The notes: a model not told the origin generated them from the letters alone. Positions 1-8,905 are shown, counted from the stretch's first letter. The stretch: 59,750 bases of DNA from a virus (IMGVR_UViG_3300027743_000032:1-59750); one strand, 5' to 3'. Program-made: numbers and translations.

Positions 1-115
1 CTCGGGCGCGGTGCCGTTGGGAGGCGTGGCGGGTGCGGTGCCCTCGGCGGGTGGGGTGGACTGCGCTTCGGCCTGTGCGGTTTCGCTCATGGTGGGCGTT
101 TCTCCTTACAAATAG

Positions 116-144
116 ACTATACCGCGTCGTGGGGGGAAATACAA
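116..144 (-). promoter_or_regulatory. Sigma70-type promoter TTGTAT-17-TATAGT (copy of 57323-57351)
   Basis: Read on the - strand, upstream of the AGGAG RBS and the ATG at 90. Confidence 0.55.
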
Positions 145-201
145 GTGGGTTGGGTGGGAAATCGAGACGTGTTCGAAAAGTTGCTTGGGCCTAGTCCATG
201 A

Positions 202-501
202 TTAAGGTTTCCTCCTTCTTCGCCAGTGTAAGGCCACGTTCAAGTCGTGTGAAATTACCTGCAGGTTCTCCCTGCGGTTATTCAGACCGTTGCCGTCCTT
301 GTGGTCTACGTCCAGGCTTCGATCTGTCACACCTAGAATCTGACGATGCATGAGTACGTCTTGGTAGGTGGGATATGACTTGCGCCTAGCATAACGCAGG
401 TCGGCTACCTTTAGGATGTGCCACTTGTGTAGTACGAGGCTATCGTAATCTTCATCGTCTACGATAGCCTCGTAGCCTTGAGTGAGAGGTATGTACTTCA
501 T
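202..501 (-). CDS. HNH endonuclease-family protein (HNH_3-like)
   Basis: IPLTQGYEAIVDDED N-terminus; MHRQIL...VDHKDGNGLNNRRENL motif. Confidence 0.85.
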   Translation of the reverse strand: MKYIPLTQGYEAIVDDEDYDSLVLHKWHILKVADLRYARRKSYPTYQDVLMHRQILGVTDRSLDVDHKDGNGLNNRRENLQVISHDLNVALHWRRRRKP

Positions 502-504
502 GGG

Positions 505-1287
505 CTAGAAGAAAGGGAACCGCTCGTCAGCTTTGGCCGCGTCCTTGTGGTGCCTCCGATCACGCTTGGCTGGCATAGGATTAATACGAGGCTCGTTGCG
601 TGGCACGAGATACCGAAGTCCTATCGCTTCTAAAGCGGCGCTGGCCCAGCGTTGGCGGTTTAATAAATCACGCTTGTCCTGCGCTGGTGTGAGTTTGTGG
701 GCGAGTGCGATAGGCTCTAAGCGTGAGAGGATTAATCTGATTTTTTGGGTGGGGAACGATCTGACTCGACGACGCCGGCCTTGATAGTTGCGTGAGCCGG
801 TGCCTAGTTCGTCGTCATTCCACACCGGAAGTTGGTTATCCTCGACCCGAGCATCGTTGTACTCTGGCAGGTCTGGTTCGATGTTGTGTCGATTGTCGAT
901 CCAGTCTGTCGGGTTGGGATTGGCGTCGAGCAGGGCTATTAAGTAAACCGAGACGCCGAGATAATACGCCCGACCGTTATAGCGATAGAGTTCGGTCTGT
1001 TCGTTGAAATAGGCCCACGCTTCGTCAGATAGTGCGACGTTCACATGAGGCTGCTTCGGTGGTGGGTCTGCGAGGCGAAAGCTGTGCTTCGGGCGTGCGA
1101 ATGTGCCTGATAGGCTCGATGTGTACAGATAGATAAACGCTGCGTCTAGTGCAGATTCTAAGCTCAGGTGGAAGCTGAGAATGTACGCTAGGTGTGGCGG
1201 GTCAGCATTGAACGATAGTATGACGTTGAAGTTGGGTCGGCTCTCGACTACGGTGAGTGTGACTGGAATTGGTGGTTCGTTATTCAT
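505..1287 (-). CDS. Hypothetical protein (probable start MNNEPP)
   Basis: Conserved with 57700-58479 through mostly synonymous changes; the N-terminal extension to 1506 is absent from the second copy. Confidence 0.7.
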   Translation of the reverse strand: MNNEPPIPVTLTVVESRPNFNVILSFNADPPHLAYILSFHLSLESALDAAFIYLYTSSLSGTFARPKHSFRLADPPPKQPHVNVALSDEAWAYFNEQTELYRYNGRAYYLGVSVYLIALLDANPNPTDWIDNRHNIEPDLPEYNDARVEDNQLPVWNDDELGTGSRNYQGRRRRVRSFPTQKIRLILSRLEPIALAHKLTPAQDKRDLLNRQRWASAALEAIGLRYLVPRNEPRINPMPAKRDRRHHKDAAKADERFPFF

Positions 1288-1526
1288 TGCTTCTTGTAAT
1301 CTCCGGGGATCACACCCGTTGCCCGTAGGCCGACGTAGTTTTCGGATCGTAGCTGAGTGGCGGTCACTTCGAAGCATTCGACGCAGCAATTTAAACGGAA
1401 GTCCGCAAGGTCTGGCGGGTAGAACGGATCGTCGCCGCGTTGTGGTGTAGGGAGCGGCGAGCCAGGGTTGAGCGCATAGAAATGCATGACTGCCCTGGCT
1501 CCGCACAGTTCACACGCTGTATTCAT
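1284..1526 (-). CDS. Small CxxC...CxxC zinc-finger-like protein
   Basis: CELC...CVEC; conserved in the copy at 58476-58715; coupled stop/start overlaps. Confidence 0.65.
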   Translation of the reverse strand: MNTACELCGARAVMHFYALNPGSPLPTPQRGDDPFYPPDLADFRLNCCVECFEVTATQLRSENYVGLRATGVIPGDYKKQ

Positions 1527-1759
1527 TCGACTTCGATCTTCAGGCTTTCTTGGTCGAACGGGTCGTTTGGCAGGACTGGAACGTACTCCATGTCGGCCAG
1601 GTGTACACTGAGTTCAGTGTCGATGCGCTCTTTGAAGTCTGGGTTCGCAACCCACAGCTTGAGTGCATCGTGTACGGATTGTGCATCCTGGTCTGAAGTA
1701 GACGTGGGCAGTGTGAACTTGATGGTGACGGTGAACACGGTGAACCGCTGATCTGACAT
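1523..1759 (-). CDS. Small acidic hypothetical protein
   Basis: Conserved in the repeat copy; AAAGGA RBS; similar to 56338-56625. Confidence 0.65.
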   Translation of the reverse strand: MSDQRFTVFTVTIKFTLPTSTSDQDAQSVHDALKLWVANPDFKERIDTELSVHLADMEYVPVLPNDPFDQESLKIEVE

Positions 1760-1760
1760 C

Positions 1761-2207
1761 TTAGTATGACCATCCTTTTCTGGTGAGTTGTGATTGGCGG
1801 CGTTTCTCGTGATTGCCTACACGGCCGACGACCCACATGAGGGCGGCTGTGATCTGCTGTGGTGTGCAGTGCCACGGCCCGTTCATATCACGCGGATTGT
1901 ACACGGGCATCTGGAAGCCGCGCCACTTCAGATTAACTTCACGCCAGCTGAAGCTGTACACATCGTCGGTGGCTGGTGTGGTGAAGATGCTCCAGCCTCG
2001 CGCCCACGGCAGACAGTATACGTACAGCACACGGTCGCTGGTGAAATTGACGGGGATACGCACGCCGTCACGATACGCCTCGACTTTGTGTGCTGGGCTG
2101 GTGTTGGGCTGTAGTGCTAGGAGCTGGATGATAGCTTCGACGTGTGCTTGTACGTTCGCTTTGTATTCTAGTCTGGCTCGCTCGATGTCGCCTGGTGTGA
2201 CAGTCAT
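1761..2207 (-). CDS. Hypothetical protein
   Basis: AGAAAGGGCCAGCAGCCATG start context; conserved with 58953-59399. Confidence 0.7.
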   Translation of the reverse strand: MTVTPGDIERARLEYKANVQAHVEAIIQLLALQPNTSPAHKVEAYRDGVRIPVNFTSDRVLYVYCLPWARGWSIFTTPATDDVYSFSWREVNLKWRGFQMPVYNPRDMNGPWHCTPQQITAALMWVVGRVGNHEKRRQSQLTRKGWSY

Positions 2208-2223
2208 GGCTGCTGGCCCTTTC

Positions 2224-2919
2224 TTATTCGTGTGCGTATGCGTACTGTGCTTGTGCGGTGGTGATTGCGCTTTCGAACTCCTGCTTGAACAACGTCAGTC
2301 TAGCTCTGAGAGCGGTGATGGAACCGAAGATTTGTGTACTCTTGAACACCGCATCACGGTCGCTGGCGGGCGGTTCTAGTGCTTTGGCTATCATTTGTTC
2401 GTCGGTCTGTCCAGGCTGCTTGCTGCGGCCTAACGTTACGAACAGATGATTACACGACACGAGTTCTGGTGGGCTGATCCTGTGGCCTGTTTTCTCTAGC
2501 GTAGGCATGATGCCTCTGACGAGCGCATCCATGTGATAACGCTGCGCTACGATGTCGCTCCATATTCTGGATGTAGCAGCCTCACCACGCGCAACCCTGA
2601 TAATCTGTGCGTTGTGTTCGATGTGAGGTATGTAGTCGAGTACAGGCTGGATCAGGGCGATCAGTTCTTGTGCTTCACGTACCTGCCTATGAAGTCTACC
2701 TTCTGAGTTAGGTACCGGCGTAGCTTCTGGGGCGAGCGGTGCTTCGGGTGTGGGTGTGAAGGCTGGTGTGGGTGTGGGAGCGTCGTTAGTCTGACCCCAC
2801 TTCCCGTCGATGAGCGGAACTGCACGTTCCTCTGGTGGTAGGTTTGCACCTATCTCGTGCAGCTTTGCGAAGCCCAGGATAGATGCACAACCGGCGCCTA
2901 CGAATAATCTTCGTTTCAT
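2224..2919 (-). CDS. Putative exported protein with twin-arginine-like leader and PT linker
   Basis: MKRRLFVGAGCASILGFA start after the shared leader motif; PTPTPAFTPTPEAP linker. Confidence 0.6.
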   Translation of the reverse strand: MKRRLFVGAGCASILGFAKLHEIGANLPPEERAVPLIDGKWGQTNDAPTPTPAFTPTPEAPLAPEATPVPNSEGRLHRQVREAQELIALIQPVLDYIPHIEHNAQIIRVARGEAATSRIWSDIVAQRYHMDALVRGIMPTLEKTGHRISPPELVSCNHLFVTLGRSKQPGQTDEQMIAKALEPPASDRDAVFKSTQIFGSITALRARLTLFKQEFESAITTAQAQYAYAHE

Positions 2920-2948
2920 GGCTGCTGGCCTTTCTTGTGAGTATGGAC

Positions 2949-3001
2949 TAATCTCACACTTGAGCATACTGGGTTAGAGTATGCTCTGGTGTGGTATTAG
3001 A
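2949..3001. repeat. Intergenic hairpin element, copy 1
   Basis: gagcatact/agtatgctc stem with outer taatctcacac/gtgtggtatta arms. Confidence 0.8.
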
Positions 3002-3263
3002 TCAGATCGATGCCGTCGTCGGTGGATGCGATGCGTAGTGTAGCGTAGGTTGTCCAGTCTGGACGTGAGATGATGTAGCTGAGACTGTTCTCGTTGAACG
3101 TGGCGGTGTAGCCTTTGCCTCCGATGATACGCTGAGCCTCTTTCATCATCTGATCGAGGCTATCGTTCTGATCGTAGGAATGAGATTCGTCTACGATATA
3201 TGAGAAACCATCATGTGCGAGTGTTACGCGGGCGTGAAATAATGTGCGTGGCTGGCGTGTCAT
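2997..3263 (-). CDS. Hypothetical protein (start MTRQPR)
   Basis: AGAAAGGGCTAACTGCCATG start context. Confidence 0.65.
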   Translation of the reverse strand: MTRQPRTLFHARVTLAHDGFSYIVDESHSYDQNDSLDQMMKEAQRIIGGKGYTATFNENSLSYIISRPDWTTYATLRIASTDDGIDLI

Positions 3264-3293
3264 GGCAGTTAGCCCTTTCTTGTGAGTTGATAT

Positions 3294-3349
3294 TAATCTC
3301 ACACTGGAGCATACTGGCTGGTGTGACAGTATGCTCGATGTGGTATTAG
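3294..3349. repeat. Intergenic hairpin element, copy 2
   Basis: gagcatactg/cagtatgctc stem with the same outer arms as 2949-3001. Confidence 0.8.
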
Positions 3350-3564
3350 ATATCGTTGGCGGAGGCGAGTGTGATAGCGGCGTCGCACTGATCCTCGTAC
3401 TGCACTTGAAGATCGCCTGACTTAACCTGAGTGACGTACACGAAGTCAAAGCCTGCTGGCGACTGCGAAGGACGGCATACCCATGCATCGCCCGGTGCGA
3501 AGTCCTGAAGTGCGAGGACGGCGAACAGCTTGCACGCGACGTAGAAGTATTTAGCTGCGAGCAT
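3346..3564 (-). CDS. Small hypothetical protein
   Basis: AAGGAG RBS; fits the operon. Confidence 0.55.
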   Translation of the reverse strand: MLAAKYFYVACKLFAVLALQDFAPGDAWVCRPSQSPAGFDFVYVTQVKSGDLQVQYEDQCDAAITLASANDI

Positions 3565-3841
3565 CGTGATACTCCTTAGCCTGAGCGATGAGCAGGGCCT
3601 TGTCGAAGTCTGAGATGTTTTTGTTGGAGACGGCCCACAACGTCATGCTGTAGACCCAGCTGTGATACCGAATGTGCGCGTCGGGATCGCTGGTGTGGAC
3701 TTCGGACGCGGAGTGCCAGAGGTACGACTGCGGGTTATTCCTGAGCGCGTGTGAGTGGCGAAGGTGGCCTTTGCTATTGCCATCGGTGTCGGTCGGGATG
3801 TAGTACCCTGTGCGTTCCGTGCGAGTAGGGAAGTTGGACAT
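3551..3841 (-). CDS. His-rich protein paralogous to the N-terminal domain of the AAA+ ATPase
   Basis: GYYIP..LRHSH..WHSASEVH..AH..W..QAKEYHD aligns with GYFLP..LRHAH..WHDASDVH..AH..W..QAKQAHD. Confidence 0.75.
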   Translation of the reverse strand: MSNFPTRTERTGYYIPTDTDGNSKGHLRHSHALRNNPQSYLWHSASEVHTSDPDAHIRYHSWVYSMTLWAVSNKNISDFDKALLIAQAKEYHDARS

Positions 3842-3955
3842 TGTGTGAACCTTTCTTTAGTCCCGTTAGACGCTGGCATCTCACACCACGAGCAGGTGGG
3901 ACTATGTGAGACATTGGTGAGGGGCGGGTATCACACCCCTCTAGCCGTAGGCGTG

Positions 3956-4780
3956 TTAGTAATCGGTGGGCCGGGTTTCTAGATCGGTGGCTTCGCCGCT
4001 GGTGAACTTGGCGATGTTATCCTGAATCCACTTGATAGGATTGTCGAGAAGTGGATCGTCACCGTAGATCGGAGGCAAGTATAAATCATCTGGTTGGGCG
4101 TTGAGATGCTTACGCATGAGTTCTTCGTCCCAACTGTCGCGATGGAAACCTGGGTCACGTCGCGCGGACTGTCCAAACTGATGTCTACACGCTTCGATCC
4201 CGATGTAGCGTGTGACTTCCGGCCGGGTGAGTGACATCACTTCGCTTAAGACGAGAGGCTGAGTGGAGATATCCCAGCTGATCAACATGTTGCGCCTGCG
4301 GTCGATACTGGAGAGGCACACGAACGGTGTGATGATTACTGGACGAATGTTCGCCATTGCGATTGCGAACGCTGCGAGTGCCGCCCCACGCTCGATCAGC
4401 TTAGCGTTGGGGATCATGGCGCTGGAGGTAAGACCTACGAAGAGGCGGATTGGCGTGCGTTCGTCGTTCGTGCGACGTTGCATCCACATGTTCTGCGGCT
4501 GACCCTGCACGTACGCTGGAATGTCGGGATAGTAACCGTAGACTTCACGATACCATTCCCTGCGCGGCGTTTCGATCTCTAGCGTGAGTTGATCGACGAT
4601 ATCCTGGGCGCGTTTGACGTGCGTTTCGTCGCCGTCGAGTAGAATACGCTCGCCTTCTTTGACGTTCTCGGTATCCAGCTCACCTGAGAAAGAAGGCATC
4701 GGCCCGTTGATGATGCGCTGCTCACGGAGCCACATCATGTAAGACGTAGCTCCGCTGAAGTGATTGTACTTGTCAACCAT
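3956..4780 (-). CDS. VWA-like partner of a MoxR/CobS-type ATPase
   Basis: GYYPDIPAYVQGQPQNMW motif followed by a beta-strand and LTSSA (MIDAS-like); overlaps the ATPase stop. Confidence 0.6.
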   Translation of the reverse strand: MVDKYNHFSGATSYMMWLREQRIINGPMPSFSGELDTENVKEGERILLDGDETHVKRAQDIVDQLTLEIETPRREWYREVYGYYPDIPAYVQGQPQNMWMQRRTNDERTPIRLFVGLTSSAMIPNAKLIERGAALAAFAIAMANIRPVIITPFVCLSSIDRRRNMLISWDISTQPLVLSEVMSLTRPEVTRYIGIEACRHQFGQSARRDPGFHRDSWDEELMRKHLNAQPDDLYLPPIYGDDPLLDNPIKWIQDNIAKFTSGEATDLETRPTDY

Positions 4781-6125
4781 TGAAGTTAACCTTGTTCAGA
4801 TTGGTCTTGCCGTTGCTACCGGGATCGCGGGCGACCCAATCTTCTGCCGCCCGTCCAACGTGAGGCCACTTTTCTGCGCGAGTGTAGCGTCCGAACACCA
4901 TGTCTACGATCTTGCGACGGCTGAGCTTCGAATGGAGGATCAAATCCTGGCCGCGCTCGCTGGCCCTTGGGCTGATTACGAACGTTGCTTTCGCATCACG
5001 AGCCGCCTGGCGAACCTTCTGCACAACCTCGACCCACTCGTGACAACTGGTGTGGATCATGCTGCGCTCTAGCTTAGGATCGTAGTCCATAGGAAAGAAT
5101 GTGAACCGATCCATGAACGCATCGTCCTGCTTGAAGCGGTTGTACTGTGCGTCAGCACCCGCACCGACCGTGTTCGCAGTAGCGAAGATGTAGCAGTTCT
5201 TGTGACGCTTCCGAAGGCCGCCGCTGCCATCCTTGCCGCGCGGGAATGCGAACTGAGCGTTGGCGAGTGCCATGTTCAGAGCGACCATCGCTTCCGGAAC
5301 CGAGTTGTCACACTCGTCCAGAAAGTACACACCGCCGTTCACGTAGTAATCGTAGAACTGGGTGCTTACGTAGTCACCATCCGCGTTGAGATAGCCAACC
5401 AGCTGGATGATGTTGAGGATCGAACCGTAACCGTCGATCCGATCTTCCATTCCGAGGGCTTTGCCGATCTGGTTGACCAGATAGGACTTGCCTGCGCCTG
5501 CCGGACCAGCGAGCCAGAAGTTACGGCGCTCTGGCGCCATCGACTGCACAGCATCGAAGAAATCATCGAAGTCGATGTGCTTCGGGCCGTCCAGAGTGTA
5601 GGTCTTGTTCGTATCGCGATTGTAAATCTCGATACGAGTAGTGCGCTCTTTCTCGTCTTTCAGCTGGCGTATCTCTGCCTTGAGCAAGTCGAGTTGAGCG
5701 TTGTAGCCGTTGATCTGGGCGGTGTTGCGATCCGCTTGTTCAGCTGCCGCGTTTGACGTAGTGGCCGCTGCCGTGGAAAGCTGCTCAACGTCGTCGAGCC
5801 GTTGCGCCAGATCGTCGGGAATCGCACCGTTCGTGCTGGGGACTTCGATCTTAGGCTGAGGATTGAACGTGGGCGCGGGCGCTCCGATATCGTGAGCCTG
5901 CTTGGCTTGCTGCACAAGCTTAGCTTTGAGCGCGTTGCCCAGGTTGGCGTTTTTCACACCCCATCTGACACTGGAAGGGTTCCAACTGTCGTTGATGTTG
6001 TGCGCCTGCATATCGGCGCTGTGAACGTCCGAAGCATCATGCCAATCCGACGGGCCGGAGCCGACGTACGGATGTGCGTGACGCAACGGCTTACCGTCTG
6101 GCGGTAAGAAGTAGCCGGTGGACAT
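4773..6125 (-). CDS. MoxR/CobS/CbbQ-like AAA+ ATPase with N-terminal His-rich domain and coiled coil
   Basis: Walker A GPAGAGKS, Walker B YFLDECD, sensor ATANTVG, DDAFMDRF arginine finger. Confidence 0.9.
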   Translation of the reverse strand: MSTGYFLPPDGKPLRHAHPYVGSGPSDWHDASDVHSADMQAHNINDSWNPSSVRWGVKNANLGNALKAKLVQQAKQAHDIGAPAPTFNPQPKIEVPSTNGAIPDDLAQRLDDVEQLSTAAATTSNAAAEQADRNTAQINGYNAQLDLLKAEIRQLKDEKERTTRIEIYNRDTNKTYTLDGPKHIDFDDFFDAVQSMAPERRNFWLAGPAGAGKSYLVNQIGKALGMEDRIDGYGSILNIIQLVGYLNADGDYVSTQFYDYYVNGGVYFLDECDNSVPEAMVALNMALANAQFAFPRGKDGSGGLRKRHKNCYIFATANTVGAGADAQYNRFKQDDAFMDRFTFFPMDYDPKLERSMIHTSCHEWVEVVQKVRQAARDAKATFVISPRASERGQDLILHSKLSRRKIVDMVFGRYTRAEKWPHVGRAAEDWVARDPGSNGKTNLNKVNFNG

Positions 6126-6323
6126 TGGGCAGTTAGCCTTTCGTGAGTGTACAACCTGGCGGGTTGCGCGCCTCATGATTTTAAATCAAGAGTTAAGATT
6201 TGACTTTAAGATTAGCCCGGCATGGGCGCGGGCGCGACGTTTTTTTATTTTTAGTATGACAGTCTGACGTGTGAAGTGGGTTTATTCTTGGTATGATCGA
6301 CGTTGAGATTGGGCAGGCTCCGG

Positions 6324-6521
6324 CTAGGCCGGAAACCTGCTGTCCCAGACGATCTGCTTGTTGTGTATGATCTGAACATAGGCGACCGGATGCGTAGTGT
6401 TGCTAACGTGGGACTGGTTGATCCTAATTTCTGCCAGCCCGATAGCTTGGTAGAGAGTAGAATATGGGCGGGATGGTTTAGACTGGGTGCCGTCGACGTA
6501 ATGGTACACTATACGGTACAT
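6324..6521 (-). CDS. Small hypothetical protein
   Basis: TAGGA RBS; same orientation as neighbours. Confidence 0.5.
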   Translation of the reverse strand: MYRIVYHYVDGTQSKPSRPYSTLYQAIGLAEIRINQSHVSNTTHPVAYVQIIHNKQIVWDSRFPA

Positions 6522-6524
6522 GCT

Positions 6525-6677
6525 ATCCTAATCTGATGAACAGGCTGAGTGGGTTGGGTTCTAGTTCACCCTTTACGTATTTACCTACACACTGACCCCT
6601 TTACACTTCCTTTCTGCTGATCTTTTTAAATTGGAACCCATCCCACTCACAAGAGAGGATAGGCGTCAGATTAAGAT
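6525..6677. repeat. Long imperfect inverted repeat with two nested stems
   Basis: atcctaatctgatg/cgtcagattaagat outer arms; tgagtgggttgggttctagtt (6546-6566)/aattggaacccatcccactca (6629-6649) inner arms. Confidence 0.75.
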
Positions 6678-6753
6678 TAAGTCCACATTTTCAAAAGTAA
6701 AAGTGAGGCCGCCCAAACCCGCCGAGCGGCCCCCCGAGAGCGTGTGCCAGAGG

Positions 6754-7089
6754 CTAGTACTTGACGCGCGAGTCAGTTGGCTCGCACCGGCACGCTACGC
6801 ACAGATCACGCACGCGATCCGGATTGTCAGCCTCTACCGTAATAAGCGTGTTGCTCAGATCGCCGCAGCCGTCGCAGAATTCCGCGCCATTCCTGCCGTC
6901 GAAGCAGGCCAGATATGAGCCGCAAGCGAAGTCCCAGACCAGAACGAGCGCCTTATCCTCATACGCCCAATCGCGCGCTTGCTTCAGAGCGGCCGATTTG
7001 CTGGCGAAAGTCACAGTCTCGCCGTAAGCTGGCCATTCCACACGATAATTGCGCGGAATAGCCTGACCCATAGTGCGTGCATTGTACAT
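6754..7089 (-). CDS. Hypothetical protein with C-terminal CxxC...CxxC
   Basis: CDGC...CVAC. Confidence 0.55.
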   Translation of the reverse strand: MYNARTMGQAIPRNYRVEWPAYGETVTFASKSAALKQARDWAYEDKALVLVWDFACGSYLACFDGRNGAEFCDGCGDLSNTLITVEADNPDRVRDLCVACRCEPTDSRVKY

Positions 7090-7093
7090 CAGA

Positions 7094-7219
7094 TTAGTAC
7101 CCCTTGTACCAATTCAGCAGACGCTCGACGGCCGCTTCCAGGGAGTAGTAAAATCCCTCGAAAATCTCACCGTCCCAAAGCAGGAACCAAACCGGACCGA
7201 CCTCAACGATAGACCACAC
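7094..7219 (-). CDS. 41-aa hypothetical protein (MWSIVEVGPVWFLLWDGEIFEGFYYSLEAAVERLLNWYKGY), below the ORF-track cutoff
   Basis: AGAAAGG RBS, GTG start, stop just before the next ATG. Confidence 0.5.
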   Translation of the reverse strand: MWSIVEVGPVWFLLWDGEIFEGFYYSLEAAVERLLNWYKGY

Positions 7220-7304
7220 GATCAGAATACCTTTCTCACACTTAGCGAAACTAGCGCCGCCGCGTAGAGGCGTGTGATTGGCGCCGCAGGGCGAGCCGTC
7301 TGGC

Positions 7305-7601
7305 TCACCCGAATTTGAGTTCGTTGTTCAGATAGTCCACGAACCGAGGATAAATCCGCTTGAATTCTGCGTCCGTCGCCCAGACCGAGTACAGCATCTG
7401 CACAAGCCTGCCGTCGACGCCAGAGAAACAGGCCGCCTTCAGCATTTCCTGAAGCGGCGCCTTGTGCTCCCTCAGATTAGCCGTGCCGCACTGTGGGCAG
7501 AATTTCATAGGCTGCAGATTTACAGTGTACTCCTGCCGCACCATAAACACAGCGCCGCAATCGCCGCACGTAAGCTGGAAATCGCCCGTCAAACGCATCA
7601 T
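7305..7601 (-). CDS. Zinc-ribbon protein
   Basis: LTCGDCGAVF...KFCPQCG; GAGGGGG RBS before MMRLTG. Confidence 0.6.
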   Translation of the reverse strand: MMRLTGDFQLTCGDCGAVFMVRQEYTVNLQPMKFCPQCGTANLREHKAPLQEMLKAACFSGVDGRLVQMLYSVWATDAEFKRIYPRFVDYLNNELKFG

Positions 7602-7861
7602 CAGATTAGCCCCCTCAATTACCAGGCCCGGAATTCCGTCCAGCGACCGATGCACCGGACGGCAAACTTCCAGCTGCACGGACGGGTCAGGTTCTGCCCG
7701 TACTCAGAGATTACGATCCACCTATCCTCAGAAACCTGGACGATGCACAACATGGCTGGTATCCCTACGGCGTGATCTACTAACACAACGTTAATAGTTA
7801 AATAAGAAGTTAAGAGAATGTGGGCGGCTAAGCCTGCCGCCCTACCCTGAGTGCGAGTGTG

Positions 7862-8290
7862 TTAGCTGTTGGCCGCGATCAACGCTTCCGCCTCCGCCAG
7901 CTTAGCCGTGTCGCCCGCCGCACGCGCACGGTGAGCCATAAGCAAACCCTTGCGCAGATTGGCTGCCTTCTCACGCGCGTTCAGCTTAGCCGTCTCGCGC
8001 TCCGCCTCCGTGTTGTAACGCTTGCGCCCGTCCGTCTTGACCGGAAGCGTAACGCCCAGCTTGTCGGCGAGCACTTGCTGCAGCCACGGCCCGAGCGCCG
8101 TGTCACCCGCTGCCGTACGCGCGGCCGCGAGCAACTCCGGCGTCAACGGCATGTGAATGAAAGCCGGATCCTTCTTGCTCTCCGCCGACTCATTCTCCAG
8201 CACAATCGTCTCAGTCATCTGCCCATTCCCTTCGGCCGTGTTAATCTGCCCGTCCAGCGCGCCCATCACCTGGTCCATAGCGTCCGACAT
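7862..8290 (-). CDS. Putative ribbon-helix-helix DNA-binding protein with YxTxxER helix
   Basis: FIHMPLTPELLAAARTAAG..LGPWLQQVLADKLG; paralogue of 56899-57297; start uncertain. Confidence 0.6.
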   Translation of the reverse strand: MSDAMDQVMGALDGQINTAEGNGQMTETIVLENESAESKKDPAFIHMPLTPELLAAARTAAGDTALGPWLQQVLADKLGVTLPVKTDGRKRYNTEAERETAKLNAREKAANLRKGLLMAHRARAAGDTAKLAEAEALIAANS

Positions 8291-8905
8291 TGTTGAGTAT
8301 CCCACTGCACTATCTGGTCTTGAATGCCGTACCACATGGCACGGTGTACCTACGCCACATACAGGCGCCAGAAATTGTAGGCTACGCGGGTGACAAATCC
8401 GCGCACGCGGCCGTACCTTACGCGGGGCTAACTCGCTTTTGATAATCCGGGTTGTCGAAAGTCCGGACCGAGTTTGTGACCCCTGCTCCGCGACATGGAA
8501 AATACCCATGCATGATTACGGATTCGTTGCACTAAATGCAGACCGCGGTATGAGATTCTGTGAGCGTACGCCGTCCGTCCTACGTCGGCGGATTTGGTTG
8601 TTTTCTTGTCGATCTTTTTTGGGAATGTGAGACTATTCTTACTCACCAATCCTCTTCGATTCGACGCGCCGCGCGCTTTCTTTTTTTCTCTGCAACCCTC
8701 ACTACTTCAACTACGTTGAGTATACACCGTCTGACTAGGATCGCAATTGGGCGGCCCTCCCATAGCGCGTGCCTCAGAAGAAACCTCATCCTGTAATGTG
8801 CCCCAACTTCCATCCCCATCACTACCCCATTCTACCACACCACAATCCCAAAGTCAAGCCCCCAATACACCCCAAAAACAATCCCACAAAGTACCCCGTC
8901 CCACC

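Larger units (their letters stand above)
1..2553. repeat. Terminal direct repeat, copy 1 (diverged from 57208-59750)
   Basis: ctcgggcgcggtgccgttggga at 1 and 57208; gataacgctgcgctacgat ends at 2553 and 59750; same gene order with many substitutions in between. Confidence 0.95.

Noticed and set aside
2949-3349. Possible CRISPR mini-array or attC integron cassettes
   Set aside because: Only two imperfect copies, separated by a whole gene; no cas or integron integrase and no GTTRRRY cores recognised.
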